A DNA stretch of 59,390 nt from Guillardia theta CCMP2712 (Eukaryota > Protista > Cryptophyta): NCBI RefSeq assembly GCF_000315625.1, contig NW_005434496.1:35679-95068 (forward strand), read 5' to 3'. Shown here piece by piece: positions 47,901-59,390 of this stretch. A program made the position numbers and the translations under genes. Under the pieces are notes generated by a model that was not told the origin of the DNA, ran no database searches, and saw nothing but the letters and a program-made list of their open reading frames with translations. The number at the start of each line of letters is the position of its first letter. The stretch's first letter is position 1.

Positions 47901-50190
47901 AGTCTTCTCCATCCTGTATGGCCTCTGACATGTTATCGCAAACCATCTTGAACACGATTCCCCAGGCTTTCTCCACGTCCTCTGTCCACTCCTCTCCGGA
48001 TACATCAGCGAGCACGTTCATGAAGACAGGACCGATGAGAGGGATGTGATGGGGTCGAACGTTGTATTGTACATGTCGGATTCCCAGCCAGCTCACCTGC
48101 TGCTTCATGTTCTCTGGGTCGTCAGCGAAGGAAACCAGCATACCAAGGGTGTCGCCCATCTTGACTGCCATGTACTCTCTCGGCTTTGTGAAGAGGCTTG
48201 CCACGTTGGGGGCTAGCCGGAAGAGGTGATCATAAACCATCTCTCCCAGCTCTCCTGGAGTGTACTTCTCCAGCACAGCCTCCCAAGAGTCTCTAACGAC
48301 ACTCAAGGTCGATCCTACCTGCTTGAGAGTCTGATCCAAAGAAGTTCCCAGGTAAGTCCACATCCAGATCCAGGCCTTCGTCTCCTCTGGTAGCATGTCG
48401 TCTCCGAGAGATGTCCGGAAGACTGCAAGCACGATTTCCTGCATCAACGGCATCTGCGATCCCTTCACTCCTTTGCGGTGATGCAAAGGAGCAAGATCAG
48501 CTATCTTGACGTAGATGTCGACCGGGTTTTCAATGTTTTCAACGATGCTCGACAACATATCTACAAACTTTGTTCCTTGTACTGTCGGGTTGGTAAAGCG
48601 GAAGAGGGGTTCGAGGTACTCGTTGTCCTTCACAGATTCATAGATGGCCGTTCCAAGATCTGCGTATGAGACTGCCTTCAACAATTTGTTCCACGATGAA
48701 ATGATGAATCTTGAATAATATTTCCATTCCGACATGTCGACTGGAGGGGCGTTGCTGCGGCGGATCGGAGCATGTTTCCTCCTATTTCTCGTTCGATAGA
48801 CTCCGCCATTAAGCTTCAAGTTTGTACCTTGCAGCGCCTGAGACCTCTGAGCAAAGCTCTCTCCCGCTGTGAAGACGGTAGACGCATGTCGCGAGGAGAT
48901 GGATACGTCTTCCCTCGATCTCATCGACCTTGGCGACTCGTACGCCACCCCGTTAGGGACGTAGAAGTTCTTGTAGGAGGTAACACCTCCCGCACCTGAC
49001 TTCTCACTCTTGAATGAATGAAACGACCCGGTGAGTTTTCGGTTCGATCCCCTCTTAGCATGCAGAGGCTCTTCATGCCTGGAATGTTTGAACGAGTTTG
49101 ACAACCCAATCTCACTATCTTCACGACCGTGTTCACTGCCAGCCGACCGGCTTCTCGTGAAGTTATCCGATGGTTCTTCTGCATTCTCAGGAAATTTGGG
49201 CTGAAGTGAGCCAATCTTGTCCAACGGCAGCTTAGTGAGGGCCAAGAAAGGGCAGCCAGCGCAGTTGTCACCGTTCTTGCTGATGTCCGGATGGCCTGGG
49301 ACAGGAGGATGATTCTTGGGCATTCCATGCTCGCTGCCCATGGCCCCGAATGGAGACCTCTTAGGACTACCTGAGTCAGACGACCTCCTCGGTTGAGAGG
49401 CTTGATCAGTAGGTTTGTATCCAAGCGAACGTTTCGGGGAAGCAGGTTTATCGGAGATGCCTTCCTGCTGAGCCTTGGGCATCGGTAACTTCTCAATCAT
49501 CTGTTTTCCGTCTTGCTGACCGCCAGCTTCCAGGCTCTTCGTCTTTCCTTCATCTTCCTTCCCAACTTCATCTTCCTCCTGCTCCTCCTTCAGGATGTCC
49601 AAAGGAACGAAGGGATGTGCGTGCATGTGGAAGGCTTTTGCGGCAACTTCTGTATCGCCGACTATAAGGTTAGCTTTGATCTCATGGGGATCAATGGAGT
49701 ATTGAACATCTAGTGTCGGCTTTGATAAATCCGCCTGGTGCTCGTAGTACTCGCCAAACCTCGGGGAGTGTAAGTCCCCTGCAGGACCCGGCGCTTGAAG
49801 GTCAGGCTCGTTGACCCTATGGACTGACTGCTCTGCTTCCTTTCCTGTATGCTGTCCATCGCCATTCTGATTGGCTGAATCTGCAACATCTCCAATGTAG
49901 AATCTAGCGAGCTCTTGATGGGCATGCTTGCTGTGTATCCTCAAAAATTTCTCGGATGAATCTCTCCCATAGTTGTTCTTGAGGATGAAAGCACCGCCCG
50001 GGTGTTTGTTGATATATGTCGACACGTCAAAGACCATCTCTTGGATGATAATGAGAGCATCTCCTGCTCTAACCCTCTTCTCAACCTCTGACTTGTGGAT
50101 TGTGGGGTTTCCTAGTGCGTGCTTCTTCTTCTCAACATCTCTGGTGAACTTCTGGTCGAGCTGCTGCTTTGAGTCTTCACTCTTAGACAT
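42583..50190 (-). CDS. Cytochrome b5 / multi-globin / TRPV-like channel fusion, paralogue B; multi-exon
   Basis: Cyt b5 (FDVSTYINKHPGG...GRDSSEKFLRIHS). Globins LAPLHHRKGV, LGIRHVQYNV, degenerate APKFYE.GMR and LTIRHIRYGV. ISPLYWALHDGK, DLLTIRADIHGYYYGRE, FKHPVVKKTLELKWLSFG, pore LLQE|VLGVAQP, S6 IGMLNILIAQLTITYDKL and FAMKYRATICIEIES. Stop TGA at 42583-42585. Confidence 0.85.
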
Positions 50191-52163
50191 GCTTGAAAGG
50201 ACTCAATGGCAAATTTCAATGCAGTGTTGCTTCATTCCTGCGAAACCATGTGTAAAGAAACACCTTTGGGTTCGTTTTGCAGCTATCTAGCACGTTGAAT
50301 ATGCGTTGCAGTTTTGGAAGAAACTGTTGGGTAGAGAGAAGATGACAGTAACAGTGAAACAATAAAAATCTTCTGATCATGAATAACGATCAAATCTTTC
50401 ATCGCAAAAGCAAGAGGCGTCTCTAATCAGGAAGAAGATGCTACTCAATCTAGCAGGGCTATGGTATTTCTCTTGCATCCCATGTGGGGTTTGGGTTCGT
50501 TGAACTGCCATTGCGGACAACTGGAGAGTCTAGTGCAGCATGGGAGCGAATCAAGAAGACACCATCATTCATCATGAAGGATAAGAAGCGTGAAATAGAT
50601 GCAGGATTGGCACCAGGGGAAGTAACAAACAGGGAGTTTAGACGAGCAGTAGATGAGCTCAGCAAAATCCTCATGAACCGGATCGGAACAGCTAGTATCG
50701 CATCCCACGACCAATACTTCAGCCCTTCCTGCATATCATCTACACGACATCCTCATGCTGCGTTTCTGAAGCCTACTGACAGCCCTCATCCTCTCCCTGG
50801 CTCCTCCCATGCACATTTTTCCAAGTCGCATCCCTTGTTCATTCCTGTACCCCTAGTACCCACCCTCCCACAAGGACTCTAGTAATCCCCTGGGAGCAAG
50901 AACCCTCCCTCAATATACCCCTACAATTCCCCCGAATATACCCTCCCTTTCCCGCAAGAGGCTTCTTCTTTCCCTACCCCCACCCCCTTTCTGGTGTTAC
51001 CACCCACCCCCTGAATCTCTCCGATAATGAAGGTCAATACGGCCCCACTACTCGCATCATCAGCCTCATTCACACCCACCCCACCCCCTCTGTAGCCAAT
51101 TTCACTACCCCAGTACCCTACCCTGGTCTGCTCCAATTTTTTTACTCCATGGATCCTACTTCAGAGGGTTAATAGGTATAGTTCCCAGTGGGTGAGGGTA
51201 GGTACCCCCCTCTGAAACAGAGGGTGATTTGGTACTTACACAGAGAGGGATTGAGGCTAAAGGTAGGTGGGGTACTCGGTGCCATGGGAGGCCAAGTAAA
51301 GTAGTACCGCTGGTAAAAAGTACTTTTACCAGAACGGTACTGATATGAAAGCAACGGTACTGATATTAAAATAGTATTGTAGCCATAGTTTTATCCTGGT
51401 ACCAGACGTTATTATTTTCAGTCACTCAAGACGTGAATAAAAGAACCCAATTACAAGATGGTTCCATGCAGAACTGCGGCCGCACTGCGAGGAGGGTAGG
51501 AGGTTCAACAAACATGTCGGGCAAGGACCAGGCGAGACCAGCTCCCTGTGGCGGATCAAGGTCAGAGACAGCAATCTAATCATGCAGATACTTGACAGGG
51601 TAGCACTGGGAGTATAGCGACACACTGAAGAATCAACCTTACAAGGAGCCTCAGCTGTTGGGAAAGAGGCAGATCCTCGACGCAGTGTTGAGCACTAGCA
51701 GCGTATGGATGTGAAGAAAGTAAGACGAACGACGGATATTCTCCCGAGCCTGCCACGGATCAACAGTTTGCGCTTGAAGGTGAAGAGATCATCCTTGGTG
51801 AAATTTCCTGGTGAGGACAGAGAAGTATGGGAAAGATTTCATCGACGACAAGGAGAAAGAGCTTATAGCTGAATTGAAACAGTTGAGAACAATCTCCAAC
51901 GGCTAAGGGGCTGCAATAGCTGCTAGATGGATACATCGGGCATGAACAGCAGCTCACTGCAAGCGCTATGACTGGGCGAAACTCTAACAATCTCCGTGCT
52001 AAGGTGTTTTAGTGCCGGGTCTCAGCAAGCTCCTTACGGTGTGTCACAGAGGGCCGGGCCTGACTTTGACAGCTCAATTCAGATAGTGCTCTATCAGACC
52101 TTCTCTTGCCTACTCGAAGCTAGCCATCTCCTTCAAGATAAAGATAGTTACCCTTTGCGACTT

Positions 52164-52741
52164 CTACAGGTATGATGATTCCCATGAAGATTGCAGCTCA
52201 AATGAGCATGAACTGATGGGCTGTAAACCAACATCACTTTCTATACATTTTGCAGCACAATCTTTCACATTGCAAACAACATTCACTGAGAGGCCCCGCT
52301 CTTTCAGCTCAACCTCTGCTCTCTCTACAAGGCGCTCCATGATCGCTCTCACTCGTACGCATATCAGCTCGTGATTTCCTCCATCATGAGACGCTTGCTG
52401 GCTGCATCCTCCACTGGCTCCTTGAAGAGCTGGACCGTCTCCTCGACGTGGCCCTGAGTAGTCACGAGACAAGATCAAGGTCGCCAGTGACCGAGGGATA
52501 CGGAAGATACATTGAAGCTGCTCTCTGATGCGAATAGCAAGGGCTCTCATGTGCATACCGTTGCCTGCTTATGATGTTCTCCTGTACAAGGGATGATGCT
52601 GCGGCAGGCATCTGTTCGGCATGTAGATGACCATCTACTGCAAGGATGCTCAAATGTTGTCTCCGATGATGTTTCAGTAGAGTCCAAACCTTCCTCGCAT
52701 CTGTTTTCCTCAGCGATAGAATGCTTGTTTGTACTGAAGCC

Positions 52742-52774
<33 letters not shown>

Positions 52775-52910
52775 ACGGCCAACCCCCTTCTGCTGGTTCT
52801 CCTGTGCTCCTTACTGCATGTATTGGAATTGCATTTGCTGTTTGCTAGAGGAAATCTGCTGTCATTCTTATCCTTGCGAGGTTGAGAAGAGCCTCGTCAA
52901 CTACTGACAT
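52164..52910 (-). CDS. Hypothetical protein, possibly multi-exon
   Basis: Adjacent complex ORFs with a (CAG)n tract. No recognisable domain; boundaries uncertain. Confidence 0.3.
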
Positions 52911-53212
52911 GCTCTCCTACATCATCGCTGAGAGGAGGACGGAGTGGTAGGGATAGTATTCACAACAAACAAAACGAGGAGGTCAAATCATACATAACAA
53001 AAGAAACAAACAGATGAAATTTACTCACATACATCAAAATTAGCAAACATTCCTCGACCTCACATGGTCGTACTCTCTCTTCTTCTTCTCCATCTTCCTT
53101 CCTGCTGCCCCCCCCCTTCTTCTCCTTCTTGCTTCCTGCTGCCCCTGCTTATCGCTACAAACTTGACAGGGCGGACTTGGAGTCCTTGTAGGTCATCACC
53201 TCGTTCATGGGC

Positions 53213-55082
53213 TCATCCACACGCAGCAGCTTCAGCGACAGGAGCTGTCGATGCGTCCGGGAGGGTAGCCAGGACTTCAAACTGTTCTAAGGAAACAGTG
53301 GATGAAAAAACGAAAATCCTTGGCGGGGACCCTCCTGCTCTTTCTTCTCTCCATTCCCGTTTCCGATGTGAAATTTGTCCCTGGTCTTCGTATGCGCGAC
53401 CTTCGCTCGCTCCAGGTAATTCCCCTGTTGTACAGCAATAAGGAGCAAGAGGACAAAGTCGTCCAGTCACCTCATCCTTGTCCTCGCTGTTGTACATGTT
53501 CGTCTGATCGTTCATGAGTGAAACCATCTGTGACAGCACACAACTCACTTCCACCATTCTCTGGTAACAACTGCTTGACCTTCTTCGGTAAACTCCGGCA
53601 GAACTCGTTGAAATGCGTGACCTCTCGGTCGTTGGCAGGCTGAAGGTCCTCCTATCAACATGTCAGGGCTGCAGGTGAGCAGGAGATGTGACATTTACCC
53701 ATGAAGCGGCTGAAGCTTGCAGACCTCCCCATGCTGGTGGGTCGTTGAGGTTCAAGTCTGTGGTCTTGCGCAAAGAGAAGGACGTCCTTGGGTTTACAGG
53801 AGAGCGAGGAGGAGATCGAGGAGGAGAGGTCGGCCTCGATATACCCCTCAAGTCCTTTCTTGAAAGAGACTTGCGGATCATGGACTGCATTTTTGACTCA
53901 CCCTCGCCATTCATGTACACAGGTTCGTCGTAGTCCGACTCAGGATACTGCAACGAGTATCACGATGATGCAACCATGACAGAGATCGTGCTCACGCTTG
54001 AAGCTGTCTTTCGCCATGGCTTCTCTTCACGATGTTTGCTAACTTCTTTGCTGTACTCAGCGAATTCATCCTCGTGCACTCCAGATTCGAGGAGCTTCTT
54101 GTCGAAGTACATCTTGAAATGGAGCAGCACAAAGCCGAAACCTGCATGTACAGCATCCCAACGAACAAGTCAACAACTCAAACTGAACAAAGAGAAGCAT
54201 CTACAAGATTTGGCGATCACGTCCAAGATGCAGTGCAAGATGTGATTCGTGTCGTTCGATATGACATTTGCCGCTCTGTAAGAAAGAAGCCATAGAATAG
54301 CAAAGATGGGCCAAATTCCTGACATGCATATCAATCTTGAAATTTCTGACAGAATGAAAACTCACCAAAGTAGATAATGACAGCCGCCTTCAAGTGTCTG
54401 CAGCAAAAGGTCACCGGCGCGTCAATTCAGCAGGGAACAATCACTTGATGCTTCTCTTTGCATTGCTGTCATGAGCACACTGCGTAATAAATTCCAGTCT
54501 CTCCCTCACGATGGACAGCATCAAGACATATGTGAATATGAACAACACCATTCCCATGGCAAACCAGTAGAACGAGTAAGGGGCAACTGCAAGGCTGCAT
54601 GCTACTCCAGTGATCATGACCGTGAAGACCAGGACGGCGCTTGTGATCTTGTATGGGGCGTCCAGGCACCACATGAGATCCAACGTGAGCAACGGACAGG
54701 TTGTGGCGTAATCGAGGTAGGGGATCTTCGTCAAGGGCACGAATCCATCGTCGTCGGAGTGTGACTGCAGGACCTTTGCAAAATAAGCAAGAGCGCACCT
54801 GAACAAACAGATAATCACGTATCACATTCGAAACTCATCATGTTGTCTTTTGTCACCATAAGTTGATGATGACAGTCAACATGTTTTGTTCCCTAAAGCC
54901 ATTGTAGTAGTTTTCGTTTCCTCTGCGTGGTAGTAAGTCAGTTGATCCAGCATCCCTCTAACGAGAAAGACTTACCCAGGACCCTTGTATCTTAAAGAAA
55001 TGAAACACAAGACAACAAAAGATCCTGCGATTACAAGGAATGAAATCCAATTGGCTGCGATCACTGCACTGCTTTCCACCAT
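53213..55082 (-). CDS. CCR1: Bacteriorhodopsin-like cation channelrhodopsin (cryptophyte BCCR; resembles G. theta CCR1/CCR2) with long cytoplasmic tail; 3' end uncertain
   Basis: Exons 55082-54976, 54922-54857, 54798-54445, 54397-54366, 54318-54205 and 54141 onward give MVESSAVIAANWISFL...KIPYLDYATTCPLLTLD (D87-T91-D98 DTD motif, Pro84 at the BR Arg82 position, TCP motif) and helix 7 LDVIAKSCFG with the retinal Lys. The choice of CCR1 over a close paralogue is from memory and unverified. Confidence 0.92.
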
Positions 55083-55599
55083 TTCTACTAACAGGTTTCA
55101 CAGAGACACGGGGAGCAGCGAAGATAGGGAGGAAGAACCAGGAGAGAATGAGAGCCTTGAGAGGAGACGAGTAGCAGGACGAGGAAGGGGAAGAGGGGGA
55201 GGGGGAGGACAAGAGGGGGAGGGGGAGGACCGAAGGAGGAGGGCAAAGAGGAGGGGGAGGAGGAGGGGGGGAAACTAGTAGAAACCTGTGGAGGAATATA
55301 CCAGGGGGATAGGCAGGTCCTAGGATCTGCTTACCAGGCTGAGTTTTTGAGTTATATAATCTTTTTCTTTTGGTTTTTTAGGACTGTCTACCGGTCGTTC
55401 AGTCAGGGGAAGGACGAGGAGTCGAATAAACTCGCACTGTTTTGCTTCCAAACGTCGTGGTCATTCGGTAGGTTTAGTCCTACGGCGGTAAAACTTTGTA
55501 AAATCCGGGGATTGTCTCTGTTGACTGAATTATTTGTGCCAGGTTGCAGTCAGGTCATAGGAAGTAGGTCCTAGTAGGACCCGTAGGGGTCACTCCTCC

Positions 55600-56210
55600 G
55601 ATCATGTACCCTGATCACGTTACCGGCAGTCACCGGCTATGGGCTATGGGGGCGCAAAGAGCCTGGCTCCGACTCCCGGGCGCCGCCGCCGGGCCGCGGG
55701 CCGGCCCCCGGGCCCCCGCCAGCCAGCCTGGCAGCCTGGCAGGCTCACAGGCTCACTCGGAGAAACCGTGAGTTCGGAGGATGCGAAACGGTCACCGGGT
55801 TGAATGTTCGTGGACTTCGGAATTCGTCACAGTAAAATGAGAATCCTTCAACAAGATTGTAATTCTTTCCGCACCTGTAACTTGTGACATGATGCCGTCT
55901 GAATTCAACAGTCACGAGACTCGCAGCCCGCCGTTTCGGACTCCGGGAAGCCTTCACTCTCTGCAGGCTGGGGGGCAGCGCACTGCCGCTGCGGCACGCC
56001 TGGCCGGGCAGTCCGTTCAATTGGCGGGCGGGCCGGGCCCAGGGCCCACTGCCGGCCACTACCGTACGCGGCCGGCGGCCCGCGGCACGGTCACCATCTC
56101 AGTGACTATCGGCCCATGGCCGGGCTGCCGGGCCCCCGGGTTACGTATTTTGAAGTTCAATCGATGCGTTCGAATGAAGTTCGTCCCCCCCGGGCCTCCC
56201 TGCCATCAGG
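55600..56210. other. GC-rich palindrome-dense island upstream of the channelrhodopsin
   Basis: gccgccgccgggccgcgggccggcccccgggcccccg and similar runs. Confidence 0.55.
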
Positions 56211-56739
56211 GGAGATTCGCGATGACAGTCAACAAATCGGTAGTAAAAATGGGAAATGAAAGATATTTTTAGCTCCAAATACAAATATTTAAGTTTGAAA
56301 ACACATCATGCAACGACTTGAATTGTTTCAAGACTTGCGAAATTGAATTTGACCTGCGTTATTTTATTAGTCTCCCTAAGTAGTAACCGTTATGTAACGA
56401 ATCAACAACTTGGCGTGTAAATTCAAATGGCTGGCGGTCGGAACAGCGCAGGCGACCTGGATGGCAGGGAGGGAGAGACAGAGGAGGAGGAGTAGAGGGA
56501 GAGGACAGTGAGACAGAGGAGGATAGTACAGGGAGGGTAAAAGAAAACATTGGAAGACGTCAGACGGAGGAATGGGAGGTTCAGTACATTAGCCAAGACG
56601 GGTCTTGGGGATGGGCTTTTGGAGATAGGCACTGGGAGGGTTGGAAGAGATGCGAGTATGAAGAGAGCAAGCAGGAGAAGGATATAGTGCAGATGGAAAT
56701 CATTGGGCAGAGGCGGTGCGGCTTGTGAGATCTGGCAAT

Positions 56740-58600
56740 AGAATTCAGAAAACAAGTGTAACTGAGAACTTTGTCGTGTAGTTCTTCATACCATACTTCT
56801 GATGAGAGACTTCTGATAAATATTTGAGACTGTCAGGCGCTGTCATGTTCTCCGGGGTGGGTAGCGAACAGCTTCGACCCGTCACCTTGTGCGGGAGGAG
56901 GGACGTTGCGGGGATTTCAAGGTTCACCAAAGTACGTAACTGACCAGCTGCCAAATGTTTGATGCGAATTCAACTACTTCCTCGCTCCCGCTCCCGCTCC
57001 CGCTCCTGCCCCCCCTCCCGCTCCTGCTCTCACTCCCACGTTTTTCTTTTCCGTTCCTTGCTCATTCTCTTTCCATAGGTCACGCAAGCTTTCGATGAGT
57101 TGCAAGGGTCATCAGTATCAGGGAAGGACCTTGTGAGATCAGATTGCTCGAGCCCTTTGCAGAGAGACCCCAGGAAATTCGAGCGATGCTGCCCAAGTTC
57201 AAAGCTGACTCCTTCTCGTCAGCTCCACGGAAGAAAATTCTTTCATACGCCCTCGCACGAACTTTTTCGAGGTACAGAGGACGAGGAGAAGAGAAAGGGA
57301 GTGAGCAAAGAGCGGGAGGGAGGGAGAAGAGGGAGGGAGGAGGTGCTCTGTCTGAAGGAAAACGAACTTTACAGCTTGCGAAGCGACAAAAGCTTCTTTC
57401 TCCCTCCTGCTTGTTCAAGTCTCAACAACCCAAGACTAAGAGGTCTCAGTGATAGTACTTGTTGTCCAGTTCAGATGTCTCACTTGCTCTCTATCAACAG
57501 CGCGACGCTTGATTCTCCCTCACATGCGCAGGCTATCGCCTCCCTCAAGGTCCTCTACCTCCGCTCCTCATTTCACCCTCAACTTTGTGACCTCCTCCTC
57601 CGCCCCCCACCCCCCCCCCCCCAACCCCCACTCCGCTTCATCCTCAATCCTCCATCCTCCCTCCTCGCTCTTCTTCCTTCGTCTCTCGCCCTTGATTTTG
57701 CTCTCCTCCTTTCAATATCAACTGCTTTGTTTCTGTTGCTCGAACGATTTGGTTTGAATCGTCTTCAGAACAATCATCGTGTGAAAGTTTTGAGAGAAGT
57801 CCACAACAAGATCATCTCTGGATCCCAAGTCAACCCGGCAGCTGTCAAAGTCAGTAGAGACCCTCTGACTTGAAGTGACTTGAAGTGCTCAATCTTGTCC
57901 TCAGTGCTTCCCGGCCCTTGACCCGACCGTCCCTCCCAACAGCGATAGAGAAATTCAGCACAGCAAGGCTCCTCCCCCCGGTATGAGCTTACTACCCTAC
58001 TCAACATCATGCCCACACCTTCTCGTCTCTCCACTTCATATCTCTCCCACCCGTCTCTTCCCTCCCCTCTCCCCTCCTTGGATCTCTTACCTCTACCCTC
58101 CTTGACTCTGTCTACTCCCCTCCTCCCTCCCCTCTCTCCGCATCTCCCCCTCCCTCCCATCTCTCCGCATCTCCCCCTCCCTCCCCTCTCCCCGCATCTC
58201 CCCCTCCCTCCCATCTCTCCGCATCTCCCCCTCCCTCCCCTCTCTCCGCATCTCCCCCTCCCTCTCTCTCCTCTTTGCCCTCCTTTCCTCGCTCCTGCAG
58301 CTGATACCGTTGCTCTGTAGAAGTTACTCCCAGGAAGTCGCATGAAAATTCTACATTCACCGATGACTCTATCGACTTGTAAGAAGAGGAGGCAGCGGAT
58401 GGCAGAAGGCGGGAGAGGTGGAGGGAAGGGAGGAGAGAGGGAGGGGAGGTAGCGAGGTAGCGAGGAGAGTTGAGGTGGGCAGGACATGGTAGTAGCTGAT
58501 TGAGGAGCAGGAGGGGTGGGGAGGACGCTGCCTTCCTCGCTCGCCTGAGAGCCTCAACCGGCATGGCGACTCCAGGTGAACTTGAAACTAAGAGATTGAG
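56740..58600 (+). CDS. Probable multi-exon gene of unknown function; strand and structure uncertain
   Basis: Complex segments alternate with low-complexity tracts. Plus-strand acceptors (ttccatag at ~57078, cctgcag at ~58300) and donors (gtcagt, gtatga, gtaaga) are present. Confidence 0.3.
58120..58262. repeat. ~27-bp tandem repeat (ctctccgcatctccccctccctcccat), about 5 copies
   Basis: Visible direct repeats. Confidence 0.85.
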
Positions 58601-58955
58601 AGGAGGGGGGAGGGAGAAGGACGGACGGACGGACGGAGAGGGAGGGAGCGAGGGGGACGGACGAACGGAGGGAGAAGGAGGGACGGATGGAAGGAGGAGG
58701 AGGATTGAATGGGGGAGGGGAGAGACTTATCAATTTCCTGCTTCACTTTGGAAGGGATAGGAGAGGAAGGTAAAGCGATGGCCGTGCATGGCTGAGATCT
58801 TGAACGATCCGTCATGCTCCTGCCCTCTCGCATGCTCCTGCCCAATCTCGCGCCTCATCCTCCTCTCACGCTGAACCTGCAGTCACTCCCATCCTAGCAG
58901 TCAACTCTCCCAACCGGAGGTCTGTCGCCTCTTTACCCGCCTCCCTCCTGCTCTT

Positions 58956-59080
<125 letters not shown>

Positions 59081-59390
59081 TCGTTCTCCTCCTCCTCCTC
59101 TTCCCCATCTCCTGAATCCCTTGTCCTATCTAACGCAGCCGAGCAGGAAAGCCTTTCAGGTCCAGGAGGAGGGAGAAACCATCGCCAAGAAGGTAGTAAG
59201 AGGATGGAGAGCGGGCGTAAGTGTGTTTTTTTGGGGGGGGGCGGGGAGCGGCAGAATAAGCGGGGGAGGGGGAGCAGGAGAGTTCTATTGACTGCCACCT
59301 GCCTCAGTTCTTTTACGGAGAAGAAAATGTGGACCCAAACGTCGAGAGAGATAGTATCCTCCTCCTCCTCCTCCTCCTCCTCCTCACCGC

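Noticed and set aside
50484-50882. 132-aa ORF upstream of paralogue B
   Set aside because: The first half looks protein-like, but no family is recognised and it runs into TACCC-rich DNA; insufficient support to call a gene.
54441-54818. Proton-pumping rhodopsin based on the DTD motif
   Set aside because: Pro at the Arg82 position, the TCP motif and overall similarity match cryptophyte BCCR channels, which keep DTD but conduct cations passively.

Overview
Eukaryotic nuclear DNA with many short spliceosomal introns (~45-60 nt, CTGAC-like branch points, many expanded by microsatellites) and two assembly gaps. The intron style and a DTD-motif cation channelrhodopsin point to a cryptophyte, most likely Guillardia theta (inference). 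Most ORF-track entries are single exons or low-complexity artefacts, so gene models were spliced by eye. Contents: a mitochondrial SAM carrier; a voltage-sensing phosphatase with an extra pseudo-PTEN/C2 unit; a PHD-PHD-ZnF-RING gene; a secreted Cys-rich protein; an intronless double fucosyltransferase-like gene; ankyrin, LRR and beta-helix genes; an inverted pair of Reeler-like surface protein genes; and a bacteriorhodopsin-like channelrhodopsin. The standout is two paralogues (18059-25350 and 42583-50190, minus strand), each apparently encoding cytochrome b5 + CP heme motif + four globin domains + an ankyrin-like repeat + a TRPV-like 6TM channel. This is a candidate heme-based O2/NO/redox-gated cation channel carrying its own electron donor.
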